A stretch of 64,000 nucleotides of DNA from a bacterium (lineage in GTDB: Bacteria > Patescibacteriota > Doudnabacteria > UBA920), in NCBI GenBank assembly GCA_016699995.1, contig CP064996.1, positions 266,357 to 330,356 of the forward strand, read 5' to 3'. Both the position numbers and the translations under genes were made by a program. The stretch's first letter is position 1, and every line of letters starts with the position of its first letter. The notes beneath the pieces were generated by a model. That model searched no databases and was not told the DNA's origin. It saw only the letters and a list, made by a program, of their open reading frames with translations. Positions 27,695-36,742 of this stretch are shown one piece after another.

Positions 27695-28656
27695 TGTACT
27701 CTCATACTCCCGTTCTTTTAAAAGAAGTCCTCGAATATTTACAGCCGCAAGCAGACAGCAATTATGTTGATGCCACGCTTGGGGGTGGGGGATATACAGA
27801 TGCTTTATTGCAGGTGTCGTCTCCGGCCGGAAAAGTTTTAGCTATCGACCTCGATCCAGCTGCGCTAGAAAACGCGAAAGCAAAATTCCAGCAATCAGGC
27901 GATCGGTTGGTATTGGCTCACGGCAATTTTCGCGACTTCGACAAAATAATCACTCATCATGAGTTTGCCAACATCGACGGTATTGTTGCCGATATAGGCT
28001 TATCTAGCTATCAGCTAGACGGTTCTGAGCGCGGCATTTCTTTTCAGAATAAGGAATTGCTCGATATGCGCTTTGATACTTCGAGTAATCAGCCGGATGC
28101 GCGGTTCTTGCTTCATCATAGAACTGCCGAAGAACTGGCTAAAATTTTTACCGATTATGGCGAAGAAAAGTACAGTTATAAGATCGCGCAGAATATAGTA
28201 AGGGTCGTCGAGGAAGCACCAAGCGAAGGCCGGAATAGCAATGAAGCCGTAAAATACACCACTGACCTGGTAAAGATTATCCAAGACTCCCTGCCAAAAC
28301 CGGAAAAGCACCGCTGGGCCGATAGCGCTCGCAGAATCTTTCAGGCACTGCGCATAGAAGTGAACGGCGAGTTGGCCAACCTCGAAGCCTTTCTTCCTAA
28401 AGCCTTCAACCTGCTGGATCCAGGAGGCCGGCTAGCGATCGTAAGCTTTCACTCTCTCGAAGACAGAATCGTAAAAAATTATTTTAAGGAACTGGCCACC
28501 GGCTGCATTTGCCCGCCGGGATTCCCAATTTGCAAATGCGGGCGAACCCCTCAAGCGAAAATTCTTACCAAAAAAGCCGTTACCGCTGGCGATGCAGAAT
28601 TAGAGAATAATAGCCGCGCTAAGCCAGCCAAGCTCCGCGTAATCCAAAAACTTTAA
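27694..28656 (+). CDS. rsmH: 16S rRNA (cytosine1402-N4)-methyltransferase
   Basis: HTPVLL, DATLGGGGY and SFHSLEDR motifs. Confidence 0.93.
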   Translation: MYSHTPVLLKEVLEYLQPQADSNYVDATLGGGGYTDALLQVSSPAGKVLAIDLDPAALENAKAKFQQSGDRLVLAHGNFRDFDKIITHHEFANIDGIVADIGLSSYQLDGSERGISFQNKELLDMRFDTSSNQPDARFLLHHRTAEELAKIFTDYGEEKYSYKIAQNIVRVVEEAPSEGRNSNEAVKYTTDLVKIIQDSLPKPEKHRWADSARRIFQALRIEVNGELANLEAFLPKAFNLLDPGGRLAIVSFHSLEDRIVKNYFKELATGCICPPGFPICKCGRTPQAKILTKKAVTAGDAELENNSRAKPAKLRVIQKL

Positions 28657-28685
28657 CTAATCTAAATTTTCCAAAACCAAAACAA

Positions 28686-29108
28686 ATGTTAAAAACTTCC
28701 GCCATTCCATTTATCGGCCCAAGCGTCGCCTCTAAAACCAAAACATCTTCGTCTAAAGCTGCTCCGGTTGCCTGGTCGGTAACCAGAGCTAAGTCTAAGC
28801 CCAATTTTAGGATTGGCGCAAAGCTCAGCGCCAACTTTGTACCGGCTTTATCGGTAACCTTAATGGCCGCCGTGGTTGGCATGTTGGCTTTGCACTTGTT
28901 CTGGGTTAATACTTATTCTTCCAAAGGGTTCGAATTGGAACGAGCACAGACGGCTATCGAAGAGCAGACAGAAATCCAAAAGAAATTATTGGTTAAGCAA
29001 TCATTAATGAGTTCTACTGTTAGCCTCAGTGATTTGAGCAAGACCGGGCTGGTGCCGGTTACTGAAAGCGAGACTTTAAACGGAAATACTTTTGCCCAAG
29101 CTAAATAA
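28686..29108 (+). CDS. ftsL: FtsL-like cell-division protein (single TM plus coiled coil)
   Basis: Position between rsmH and ftsI. One TM helix followed by a coiled-coil stretch. Confidence 0.5.
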   Translation: MLKTSAIPFIGPSVASKTKTSSSKAAPVAWSVTRAKSKPNFRIGAKLSANFVPALSVTLMAAVVGMLALHLFWVNTYSSKGFELERAQTAIEEQTEIQKKLLVKQSLMSSTVSLSDLSKTGLVPVTESETLNGNTFAQAK

Positions 29109-29122
29109 TCTACTACTGACTT

Positions 29123-30853
29123 ATGGTTGCAGCGCAAGCTACATTTGAAAAAGTTTTTAAAAAGAGAATAGTCTTCCTGGCTGTTCTTTTCATATTCTGC
29201 ATGCTTATAATTGTGGCTCGTTTGGCCTACATGCAATTATTTCATCAAGGCTATTACAAGGCATTGGCAGAGAGCCAGCATGTAGGGGAGCATGTGATCA
29301 TTCCGACCCGCGGGGAGATTATGATCCAAGACAGTTTTTCGGGCCAACCATATACAGTTGCAACCTCTGATGAAAAAATACTAGTGTACGCTAATCCCAA
29401 AGTTATTACAGACAACGGCCCGATACTAGAAAAACTGCCAGCAGTTATCGGGATGGACCGGGCGGTGTTGGAAGAAAAGCTCAAAGATAAGAACAAGGGT
29501 TATGTAGTTTTAAAGAAAGACCTATCGGAGGCAGAGCAGGAAAAAATCAAGGAGCTGGATCTTGACGGGATTGCCTTTGATAAAGAAACCTCACGTTTAT
29601 ACCCGGAAGGCTCTATGTTGGCGCAGCTGTTAGGTTTTGTGGGTTATAAAGGCGATGAAAAAATGGGCGTATACGGATTAGAGCTGGCCTTTAATAAAGA
29701 ATTATCCGGGACTCAGGGAACGTTGCAGCAGGAAAAAGACAACAGCGGCCGCTGGATATTTGGCGGCAGGCGGGATGGCGTGCCGGCTAAAGATGGAGAC
29801 TCGCTTTTATTGACTATCGATAAGACTATTCAGCTAAAAGTCGAAGCTGTTTTGAAAGATACGGTAGAAAAGCACGGTGCCGATAGCGGCAGCGTGGTGG
29901 CGATGGACCCCAAGACAGGGGCTATTATGGCCATGGCGACCTACCCGACTTTTGATTTGAATAATTATTCCAAGGTATCGAGCGCGGAGGTTTACAATAA
30001 CCAGGTTACTGTCGGCGCTTATGAGCCAGGTTCAATTTTTAAGCCTTTAACAATGGCTGCTGCGTTAAATGAGGGAGCGGTTACTCCGTCCATGACTTAT
30101 GTTGATACCGGCGAGATTAAAGTCGGTAGCTATACAATTAAAAACTCGGACAAAAAAGCTAACGGCGTCCAGACTATGAGTCAGGTGCTCGAACAATCCC
30201 TTAATACTGGAACCGTATTCCTGGAGACAAAGATAGGCCATAAAAAGTTTTCCGATTACATTAACCGGTTCGGTTACGGTAAAAAAGTGGGTATGGAAGT
30301 CAATGAAAGCGCAGGGGATTTGGGAAACTTAAAAGGCAACATAGAGATCAACTACTATACCGCCAGTTTTGGCCAGGGCATTAGCGTTACCCCGGTTCAG
30401 TTGGTGCAATCTTTTTCTGCCATTGCTAACGGCGGCGAAATGGTAAAGCCGTATGTGGTCAAGAATATCATACGCAACAATGGCAAAGTAGAAGAAGTCG
30501 GCAAAACTCAGAGCACAAAAATTTTATCTCCTAAAGCTGCCAGCGAAGTAGCCGCAATGATGGTTAATGTTGTGGAGAGAGGGCATGGTACCAAAGCCGG
30601 CGTGCCAGGTTACTACGTAGCGGGTAAAACTGGCACAGCTCAGGTTCCACGCAAAGACGGCCGCGGCTACGAAGAGAATAACAATATCGGTTCGTTTATC
30701 GGCTTTGCCCCGGTTGAAGATCCAAAATTTGTCATGCTCGTGCGCATTAATCATCCGCGTAGCGTTAAGTTTGCCGAAAGCACCGCCGCACCTGCTTGGG
30801 GATCAATTGCCAGCTTTATGCTGCAGCACTATAAAGTCGCCCCTACGCGTTAA
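29123..30853 (+). CDS. ftsI: peptidoglycan D,D-transpeptidase (class B PBP, FtsI-like)
   Basis: N-terminal TM, SIFK (SxxK) and KTGTA motifs. Confidence 0.88.
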   Translation: MVAAQATFEKVFKKRIVFLAVLFIFCMLIIVARLAYMQLFHQGYYKALAESQHVGEHVIIPTRGEIMIQDSFSGQPYTVATSDEKILVYANPKVITDNGPILEKLPAVIGMDRAVLEEKLKDKNKGYVVLKKDLSEAEQEKIKELDLDGIAFDKETSRLYPEGSMLAQLLGFVGYKGDEKMGVYGLELAFNKELSGTQGTLQQEKDNSGRWIFGGRRDGVPAKDGDSLLLTIDKTIQLKVEAVLKDTVEKHGADSGSVVAMDPKTGAIMAMATYPTFDLNNYSKVSSAEVYNNQVTVGAYEPGSIFKPLTMAAALNEGAVTPSMTYVDTGEIKVGSYTIKNSDKKANGVQTMSQVLEQSLNTGTVFLETKIGHKKFSDYINRFGYGKKVGMEVNESAGDLGNLKGNIEINYYTASFGQGISVTPVQLVQSFSAIANGGEMVKPYVVKNIIRNNGKVEEVGKTQSTKILSPKAASEVAAMMVNVVERGHGTKAGVPGYYVAGKTGTAQVPRKDGRGYEENNNIGSFIGFAPVEDPKFVMLVRINHPRSVKFAESTAAPAWGSIASFMLQHYKVAPTR

Positions 30854-30901
30854 GGCCGGCTCAAGCGCGGGCGGTAAGTTTAGCATTAGCTTATTTTATG
30901 G

Positions 30902-30929
30902 TTGATATTATATTTATTTAAGCTACAAT
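30902..30929 (+). promoter_or_regulatory. sigma70-type promoter TTGATA-16-TACAAT
   Basis: Upstream of the 30963 ORF, which itself has an AGGAGG RBS. Confidence 0.5.
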
Positions 30930-30962
30930 GAAGGCGCGGGAATACCGCTCAAGGAGGCCAAT

Positions 30963-31313
30963 ATGATAAGAAAGGGTATGAAGCCTGGTCTTGGGGTGCG
31001 ACCGCAGCCCGGAGAGATGAAGGTCAAAAAGCGCATGATTGGTGGCCGCAGGATATGGGTCATCATCAAACATGGGGTTGCCAAAGGCATGGCTGTTGAT
31101 CACGGTCATAAGTCCGTTGGCGAAGTCGGTCCTGGTTCTTATCCAGGCGAGTATGCTCCTCATCCGAACAATCCGGATAACGAAGTTTTAAAAGTCTTCA
31201 CTGACCCAAAAGATGAAGACAAAGCCACTTTTTTAATTCCCGAGACTCTTCCGCTTCAAAACGTTGAGTTCGAGGTAGAAGAAAACGACGAAACCAATAC
31301 TCAGCATGGTTGA
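30963..31313 (+). CDS. hypothetical small protein (basic N-terminus, acidic C-terminus) with its own promoter and terminator
   Basis: AGGAGG 6 nt upstream of the ATG. A terminator hairpin overlaps the stop codon. Confidence 0.5.
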   Translation: MIRKGMKPGLGVRPQPGEMKVKKRMIGGRRIWVIIKHGVAKGMAVDHGHKSVGEVGPGSYPGEYAPHPNNPDNEVLKVFTDPKDEDKATFLIPETLPLQNVEFEVEENDETNTQHG

Positions 31314-31330
31314 ACAACCATGCTTTTTTA
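31305..31330 (+). terminator. intrinsic terminator
   Basis: GCATGGTTG-aa-CAACCATGC perfect 9-bp stem followed by TTTTTT. Overlaps the TGA of the upstream ORF. Confidence 0.75.
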
Positions 31331-31348
31331 GTTAAAATAGAGATAGAG

Positions 31349-33511
31349 ATGAACTTAAGAAACGCCTTTTTTTGGACACGCAAATCGGTTTTACTGTTGG
31401 TCGCAACAGTATTTTTTGGATTTGCTTCGGTATTCATCGTAATAGGCGTAGCCAGCAGCGCATACCTGATCGCGGTGAACTCTTCTTTGCCAAGCTATGA
31501 AGAGATTCAAAACCGAGACGTGCCGGAATCTAGCAAGCTTTACTCTCGGGACGGCACACTAATTTATGAATTCTATGGCGAGTACAAACGTTCAAAAATT
31601 TCTTTGGACCAGGTTTCTCCTCATTTAAAAGAGGCCACTATTGCGATTGAAGACAAGGATTTTTATAACCATGGCGCTATTTCTTTACCGTCCATTGTGC
31701 GCGCCATGATCGCCAACTCAAAGACTGGAAATATCGAACAGGGGGGTAGCACTATCACTCAACAATTTGCCAAGAACGCTTTGCTCGACCGAAAGAAGCT
31801 TTATAGCAGAAAAGTTCGCGAGGTTTTGCTGGCATATAAAATTGAATCCCACTTCGATAAAGATGCAATTTTAGAATTGTATTTAAATGAAATTCCTTAT
31901 GGCCGCAACAGCTATGGAGCAGAGGCGGCGGCAAAGACTTATTTCGGCAAATCTGCTTCGGAGCTCAATTTAACAGAAAGCGCTTACCTGGCGGCACTTC
32001 CGCAGCGCCCAAGCTATTACAGCCCGACTGGGGCGAATAGCGGGGCATTGGAGGATCGCAAAAACTTAGTGCTCCAAAAAATGCTGGAGCAAGGTTATAT
32101 TACCGAACAGGAAAAGCATCAGGCCGAAACTACGGCTGTAGCTTTTTTGCCTAATTCCCAAAAACTGGTGGCCCCGTATTTTGTGTCGTGGGTGCAAAAT
32201 TACCTCACTAACAAGTACGGTACCGAATTCTTAAAAGAGGGCGGCTTAAAAGTTTACAGCGCTTTGGACATGAATCTTCAGAATTTGGCGGAACAGGTTG
32301 TAAAGGAAGGGGCAGAAACCAATAAAACCAAATACCGCGCTTATAATGCGGCCTTAGTGGCTGTTGATCCTTCTACCAACAAAGTAGTGGCAATGGCCGG
32401 CGGTAAAGATTATTTTGGTGCCGCCGAGCCGTCTGGCTGTGTGATTGGTAAAAATTGCAAGTTCGAACCGAATGTAAACGTTGCTTCTTCTTTGCGCCAG
32501 CCGGGAAGCAGCTTTAAGCCTTACGCATACCTAACAGCATTTAAGCCGGAGTTCGGCTACACCCCTTTGTCGAAAGTTTTAGATGCGCCTACTGTGTTCG
32601 GAACTGCCGGAGGACGCCCATACGCGCCGCAAAATTATGACGGCGGTTTCCGCGGCTTGATTACTATCCGCAAAGCATTGGCAGGCTCTTTAAATGTACC
32701 CGCTGTGCGCACCTTGGCTGCGGTTGGAGTAGATAATGTTGTGAACACTGCAAAAAGCCTAGGGATCACCTCTCCCATGAAGAATTGCGGATTATCTTTG
32801 GTTTTGGGCGGCTGTGAGGTGAAATTGGTTGATCACGTTACCGCCTTTTCTGTAATTGCCAATGGTGGGAAGGGGGATTTAAGCAGTCCCTTCATGCGCA
32901 TTGAAGACAAGCATGGCAAAACTCTAGAGGCTTCTAGTAACAACCCAGCTCAAGTGATTAATCCGGAAGCTGTGTACGAACTAATCAGTATAATGACGGA
33001 TGACCAATCCCGCCAATATATTTTCGGTAAAGATAACCCGCTTAACTTACCGGATCGTCCGGTTGCGGCTAAGACTGGCACTACTCAAAACTGGAAAGAT
33101 GGTTGGACGCTTGGGTTTACTCCCCAGTTGGCAGTAGGTGTTTGGACGGGGAATAATGACAGTTCTTTGATGCGCGCAGGGGCAGACGGTGTGTTTACGG
33201 CAGCACCAATTTGGCAAAAATTTATGCTGGCGGCTACGGCAAGCCAGCCTGTCCGAGATTTCGATGTTCCTGCCGGAATAATCCAGGTAGCTTATGATGC
33301 AAACACCAATCGACCGGTTACTGGCAATGCTAAAAATATCCGCATGGAGCCGGTGCCCTGGTATGCTTTGCCAAAAGATATTCAGGTTTCTGCGGCACCG
33401 CGAAATCTACAGCGCTCATTAATTGGACCTATCGATACCAAAGAAGTAAAACTAGCACCAACCGGCGGGCAAGTGGGGGGAGCTTATACTGACATTCCAT
33501 CCGGTTCGTAA
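31349..33511 (+). CDS. bifunctional class A penicillin-binding protein (glycosyltransferase GT51 plus transpeptidase), PBP1A
   Basis: GT51 motifs EDKDFYNH and GGSTITQQ. Transpeptidase SSFKP and KTGT motifs. The start is moved to MNLRN because the annotated start lies inside the terminator. Confidence 0.85.
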   Translation: MNLRNAFFWTRKSVLLLVATVFFGFASVFIVIGVASSAYLIAVNSSLPSYEEIQNRDVPESSKLYSRDGTLIYEFYGEYKRSKISLDQVSPHLKEATIAIEDKDFYNHGAISLPSIVRAMIANSKTGNIEQGGSTITQQFAKNALLDRKKLYSRKVREVLLAYKIESHFDKDAILELYLNEIPYGRNSYGAEAAAKTYFGKSASELNLTESAYLAALPQRPSYYSPTGANSGALEDRKNLVLQKMLEQGYITEQEKHQAETTAVAFLPNSQKLVAPYFVSWVQNYLTNKYGTEFLKEGGLKVYSALDMNLQNLAEQVVKEGAETNKTKYRAYNAALVAVDPSTNKVVAMAGGKDYFGAAEPSGCVIGKNCKFEPNVNVASSLRQPGSSFKPYAYLTAFKPEFGYTPLSKVLDAPTVFGTAGGRPYAPQNYDGGFRGLITIRKALAGSLNVPAVRTLAAVGVDNVVNTAKSLGITSPMKNCGLSLVLGGCEVKLVDHVTAFSVIANGGKGDLSSPFMRIEDKHGKTLEASSNNPAQVINPEAVYELISIMTDDQSRQYIFGKDNPLNLPDRPVAAKTGTTQNWKDGWTLGFTPQLAVGVWTGNNDSSLMRAGADGVFTAAPIWQKFMLAATASQPVRDFDVPAGIIQVAYDANTNRPVTGNAKNIRMEPVPWYALPKDIQVSAAPRNLQRSLIGPIDTKEVKLAPTGGQVGGAYTDIPSGS

Positions 33512-33546
33512 TAGTTTTAGTTCAATTTAAATAACAAATATAAAAA

Positions 33547-33583
33547 GCACATCCTTTAAGCATGGATGTGCTTTATTGTTTTA
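33547..33583. terminator. bidirectional intrinsic terminator
   Basis: GCACATCC-(9 nt)-GGATGTGC stem followed by TTTATTGTTTT. Lies between convergent genes. Confidence 0.65.
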
Positions 33584-34399
33584 GCGTCGACCGTATATTA
33601 GGTCATGGTGATATGCCTCACGGGCGCGGCCTTCTGCCGATGGGAGTTTATTCCATTCGGTGTCATTGAACCTATCTAATACCAACTTTTTGCGCACGCT
33701 GGGCTGTCCGTTGATACTAATCGGAACCATGGTCTGGTTGTAGACAGTAATCCCACAGTTGTCCGGACCCGGAGTTTCTACGAACTCTTTTTCAGTCCAG
33801 TGTTCCAGAAGATAGCGGATGCAGCGGATCGTTCCGCCATGTGTGAAGATCCAGACATTCTGATCGTCGCGGGTATGGAAAATTTCCGTAATAAATGAAC
33901 GCACGCGCTCGACAACTTTAGACAAGCTTTCTCCTCCGGGAGGGGCTGCGTGGAATCCACCCATGGTTCTCCAATACTCTCGGAGATAGGGAAAGTGTCG
34001 TTCGACTTCCTCTTCTGTCATGTCATAGGTATAACCTGGATCTCGTTCCCTGAGAAAGGTTGTACTCCGTCTTTCTACAGAGTTCAGTTCCTTATCAGTG
34101 AACGCAGTTAAAGCGGTATTGGCAGTTTGTTCGGTGCGACGGTATTCTGAGTCGTATACAAAATCTGGCTTACCGAAATGGGCCTTCAAATAAAATCCTG
34201 CTTTAACGGCTTGCTCGAATCCAGGCAAGGTAATTGGTATCATGTGATCACCTATGCCTTTGACCAACTTGCGGGCGTCTTCGTCTGCAAAATATGTAGT
34301 TGGTTTCTGTCCATTTCTACCTCTTTTGGCTTCATTCCGAGCCGATTCTGCATGTCTGATTAGGATAAGTTGTTTAGGCCTTCCGGCTAATTGAGACAT
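33581..34399 (-). CDS. histidine phosphatase family protein (PGAM-like)
   Basis: LILIRHAESARN RHG motif. AGGAGG RBS. Confidence 0.75.
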   Translation of the reverse strand: MSQLAGRPKQLILIRHAESARNEAKRGRNGQKPTTYFADEDARKLVKGIGDHMIPITLPGFEQAVKAGFYLKAHFGKPDFVYDSEYRRTEQTANTALTAFTDKELNSVERRSTTFLRERDPGYTYDMTEEEVERHFPYLREYWRTMGGFHAAPPGGESLSKVVERVRSFITEIFHTRDDQNVWIFTHGGTIRCIRYLLEHWTEKEFVETPGPDNCGITVYNQTMVPISINGQPSVRKKLVLDRFNDTEWNKLPSAEGRAREAYHHDLIYGRR

Positions 34400-34474
34400 C
34401 TATTTTTCCTCCTATCTATGAGGGTTCATAATAACAAATTTTGCTTTGAACAGCAATTATAAGTGCAAATATCA

Positions 34475-34503
34475 TTGACAAACAAGCCTAAAAGTGTTAT
34501 CAT
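34475..34503 (+). promoter_or_regulatory. near-consensus sigma70 promoter TTGACA-17-TATCAT
   Basis: Perfect -35 hexamer. A perfect TATAAT for the divergent gene lies on the opposite strand at 34457-34462. Confidence 0.6.
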
Positions 34504-34535
34504 AAAACCTAAAATCGAATTTGGAGGGCATAATA

Positions 34536-35375
34536 ATGAATGGCAATAATATGATATGGCCTGCAGAACTGAACTTGGTTCGTCACGGGCAGTCAAATTA
34601 CAACATCCTGAAGGCGCTTAAGGCAGCCGACCCGGATTATCAGGTGTTCAAACGGTTATATAACCGTTGGGATGCAAGGTGTGAAAAAGGGGACTGGATG
34701 CGCGAGCCGCCGAAGAGCGAGTTGGTAGAGTTGGCCATCCAGATGCGTAAGAAATACTCTTTGGGATGCAGTGATCCGGAAACTCCGCTCACCGAAATGG
34801 GCATATGGCAGGCACAGCAAACCGGCAAGGCCCTAGCAGAGTTTATCGAAATTCCCGACGTGATCTTTGTTTCGCCTTACAAAAGAACCTGGCAAACATT
34901 CGAGAATGTAAAGATGTTTTGTCCGCAGTTTCATGGGGTAAAGATCCGCGAAGAAGATCGCATCCGCGAACAGGAGCACGGATTGTGCGCTTTGTACAAT
35001 GACTGGCGTATCTACCACGTTTTTCATCCGGAGCAGCGCGCTATGTTCCGGCTTGCCGGCAAGTACGATTACTGCTTCCCTGGGGGAGAGAATATTGCCA
35101 GGGCAAGGGACCGCGTTAGGCGCTGGTTTGATAAGCTTATTCGGGATTATCCCGGAAAGCGAGTATGGGGATTCACTCACCACCTTACCAAGCTTACGAT
35201 CATGGGATTGCTCAAGCATTGGAGTCAGGAACAGTTTTTATGGTGGGATACCCATCGCGTTCCGCCTAATCTGAGCGTTACCACGTTCCGCGGCACTAAC
35301 ACCGGCAAGATCGAGATCGAACTTCCGGAATATGGGAAGATCTACTACGATCAGTCAAAGTATGCGCCTGCGTAA
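34536..35375 (+). CDS. histidine phosphatase family protein (PGAM-like), paralog of the divergent neighbour
   Basis: LNLVRHGQSNYN RHG motif. GGAGGG 7 nt upstream of the ATG at 34536, which is preferred over the upstream TTG. Confidence 0.75.
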   Translation: MNGNNMIWPAELNLVRHGQSNYNILKALKAADPDYQVFKRLYNRWDARCEKGDWMREPPKSELVELAIQMRKKYSLGCSDPETPLTEMGIWQAQQTGKALAEFIEIPDVIFVSPYKRTWQTFENVKMFCPQFHGVKIREEDRIREQEHGLCALYNDWRIYHVFHPEQRAMFRLAGKYDYCFPGGENIARARDRVRRWFDKLIRDYPGKRVWGFTHHLTKLTIMGLLKHWSQEQFLWWDTHRVPPNLSVTTFRGTNTGKIEIELPEYGKIYYDQSKYAPA

Positions 35376-35396
35376 GCAGCGCAATTGCCAATAATA

Positions 35397-35428
35397 AAAC
35401 CGACCAAGTAAGAAGGTCGGTTTTTTAT
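35397..35428. terminator. bidirectional intrinsic terminator
   Basis: CCGACC-aagtaagaa-GGTCGG stem followed by TTTTTT, with an A-run on the other side. Confidence 0.7.
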
Positions 35429-35432
35429 GTGT

Positions 35433-36146
35433 CTACATTTTCAGAGCAGTTTTAATCATCGCGTTTATGATTTCTTTTTTGCCCAAATGAGCCGCGGTGT
35501 GGCGATGCTGAGTAATTGTTCGCCCAAGCACGATGTAATCGGCCCCATTTTTTATGGCGTCAATAGGGTCGACGGTAGCATACTGGTCGTGTTTTTGGTC
35601 TGAACTGAGCCTGATACCAGGACACAGGATCTGTAAATTTTGAAAGCGTGGATCCTGTTTAATTTGTCCGGCTTCGTGAGAGTTCCCTGCGCAGATTATT
35701 CCGTCGAGTCCGCTGTTTGCAGCCAATAAGCCCAGATGAAACACTTGCTTTTCTCGGCTGCGGCCGTAAATTCTGTAACACTCATCTTCGCCGATAGAAG
35801 TGGGTACGGTCACTCCGAATAGTCTGCTTCTGCCTTTGTTGGCCATCGCAGCTTTGAGGCATTTTTCTCCGCTGGAGAGGTGGACCGAGATCAGGTCTAC
35901 TCCCAGTTTGGCCGCTTCGGCGACGCTTTTACTGACAGTGTTGGGCGTGTCGTGATATTTGAGATCTAAAAAAACTTTAAGGCCAGCAGAGACTATCCGT
36001 TCTACAATTAGCGGTCCGTTGGACGTAAATAGTTCCGAACCTACCTTAAACATACCTGCAAAATCTTTCAGGTCGTAGACTATGTCGATAGCCTCGTCGG
36101 GGTCGTCGGTGTCTAGAGCCACGATTATCCTGTCTTGAACGTTCAT
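35433..36146 (-). CDS. pyrF: orotidine 5'-phosphate decarboxylase
   Basis: FLDLKYHDTPNT active-site motif and C-terminal GADYIVLGR motif. Confidence 0.75.
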   Translation of the reverse strand: MNVQDRIIVALDTDDPDEAIDIVYDLKDFAGMFKVGSELFTSNGPLIVERIVSAGLKVFLDLKYHDTPNTVSKSVAEAAKLGVDLISVHLSSGEKCLKAAMANKGRSRLFGVTVPTSIGEDECYRIYGRSREKQVFHLGLLAANSGLDGIICAGNSHEAGQIKQDPRFQNLQILCPGIRLSSDQKHDQYATVDPIDAIKNGADYIVLGRTITQHRHTAAHLGKKEIINAMIKTALKM

Positions 36147-36254
36147 ATTTCCTCCTGAATAACATCAAACTATACAGAAAAAAGCTGTTTTTGTCAACGG
36201 CTTACATATGAACTTTTCCTATTTCGGTGAGGATTTTTTTACCTTGCTAAGAAG

Positions 36255-36728
36255 TTACGACAGGTTGCGGCGGTTATATCCGTACGCAATTGCTAAGATA
36301 AGATGTATTAAACCCATCACTGTATTGATACCCCACACAGCCGGGCTAGACCAGCCTGCAGCCAGAAAGAAGTTGAGGTTCATTGCGGCTCCTCCAAGCA
36401 ATGCCAATACGAGGAGAGCTGCAACTGGTGTAGGTAAACTTTTTTTATACAATAACCATGCCCCGCCTAGTAAGAGTGCTGCGCCAACCAACACTTCTGA
36501 TGTGCGAATTATGTTACCAAAGAGTTCTGCACGCGGAATGATTACGGTGTAAAGCAGGTCGGCGTAGGCTTTGTAGGAAGTTTTCTCTGCAAAGCTTCCC
36601 AGTGTTGTGGCAATATTTGTCATAAACCCCCCGCTAGACCATTTTCCCCAGCCTGAGTGAAGCCATTGGAGGGCTAGAACCCACTGAATGAAAATTATCC
36701 AAATAACGGACACCTTCTTATTAGTCAT
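36255..36728 (-). CDS. DoxX-like membrane protein
   Basis: 157 aa with four hydrophobic helices, DoxX-like. Adjacent to an oxidoreductase. Confidence 0.5.
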   Translation of the reverse strand: MTNKKVSVIWIIFIQWVLALQWLHSGWGKWSSGGFMTNIATTLGSFAEKTSYKAYADLLYTVIIPRAELFGNIIRTSEVLVGAALLLGGAWLLYKKSLPTPVAALLVLALLGGAAMNLNFFLAAGWSSPAVWGINTVMGLIHLILAIAYGYNRRNLS

Positions 36729-36742
36729 TTTTCTTTTATTAA

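Noticed and set aside
31310-31348. PBP1A start at 31310 as in the ORF track.
   Set aside because: That start lies inside the terminator hairpin of the upstream gene. The signal-anchor sequence begins at MNLRN (31349).
34521-34535. TTG start at 34521 for the second histidine phosphatase, and similarly TTG at 24875 for the response regulator and GTG at 57329.
   Set aside because: Downstream ATGs with better RBS spacing (34536) or promoter geometry (24884) are preferred. The 57329 start runs through a terminator hairpin.
35433-36146. Alternative call of 3-hexulose-6-phosphate synthase for the pyrF-like gene.
   Set aside because: The DLK..D.PNT active-site motif and the C-terminal GADYIVLGR fit OMP decarboxylase better than HPS. 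It is kept as pyrF at moderate confidence.
36208-36552. Plus-strand 114-aa ORF opposite the DoxX-like gene.
   Set aside because: It is fully antisense to a hydrophobic membrane protein gene. This is the typical mirror-ORF artefact.
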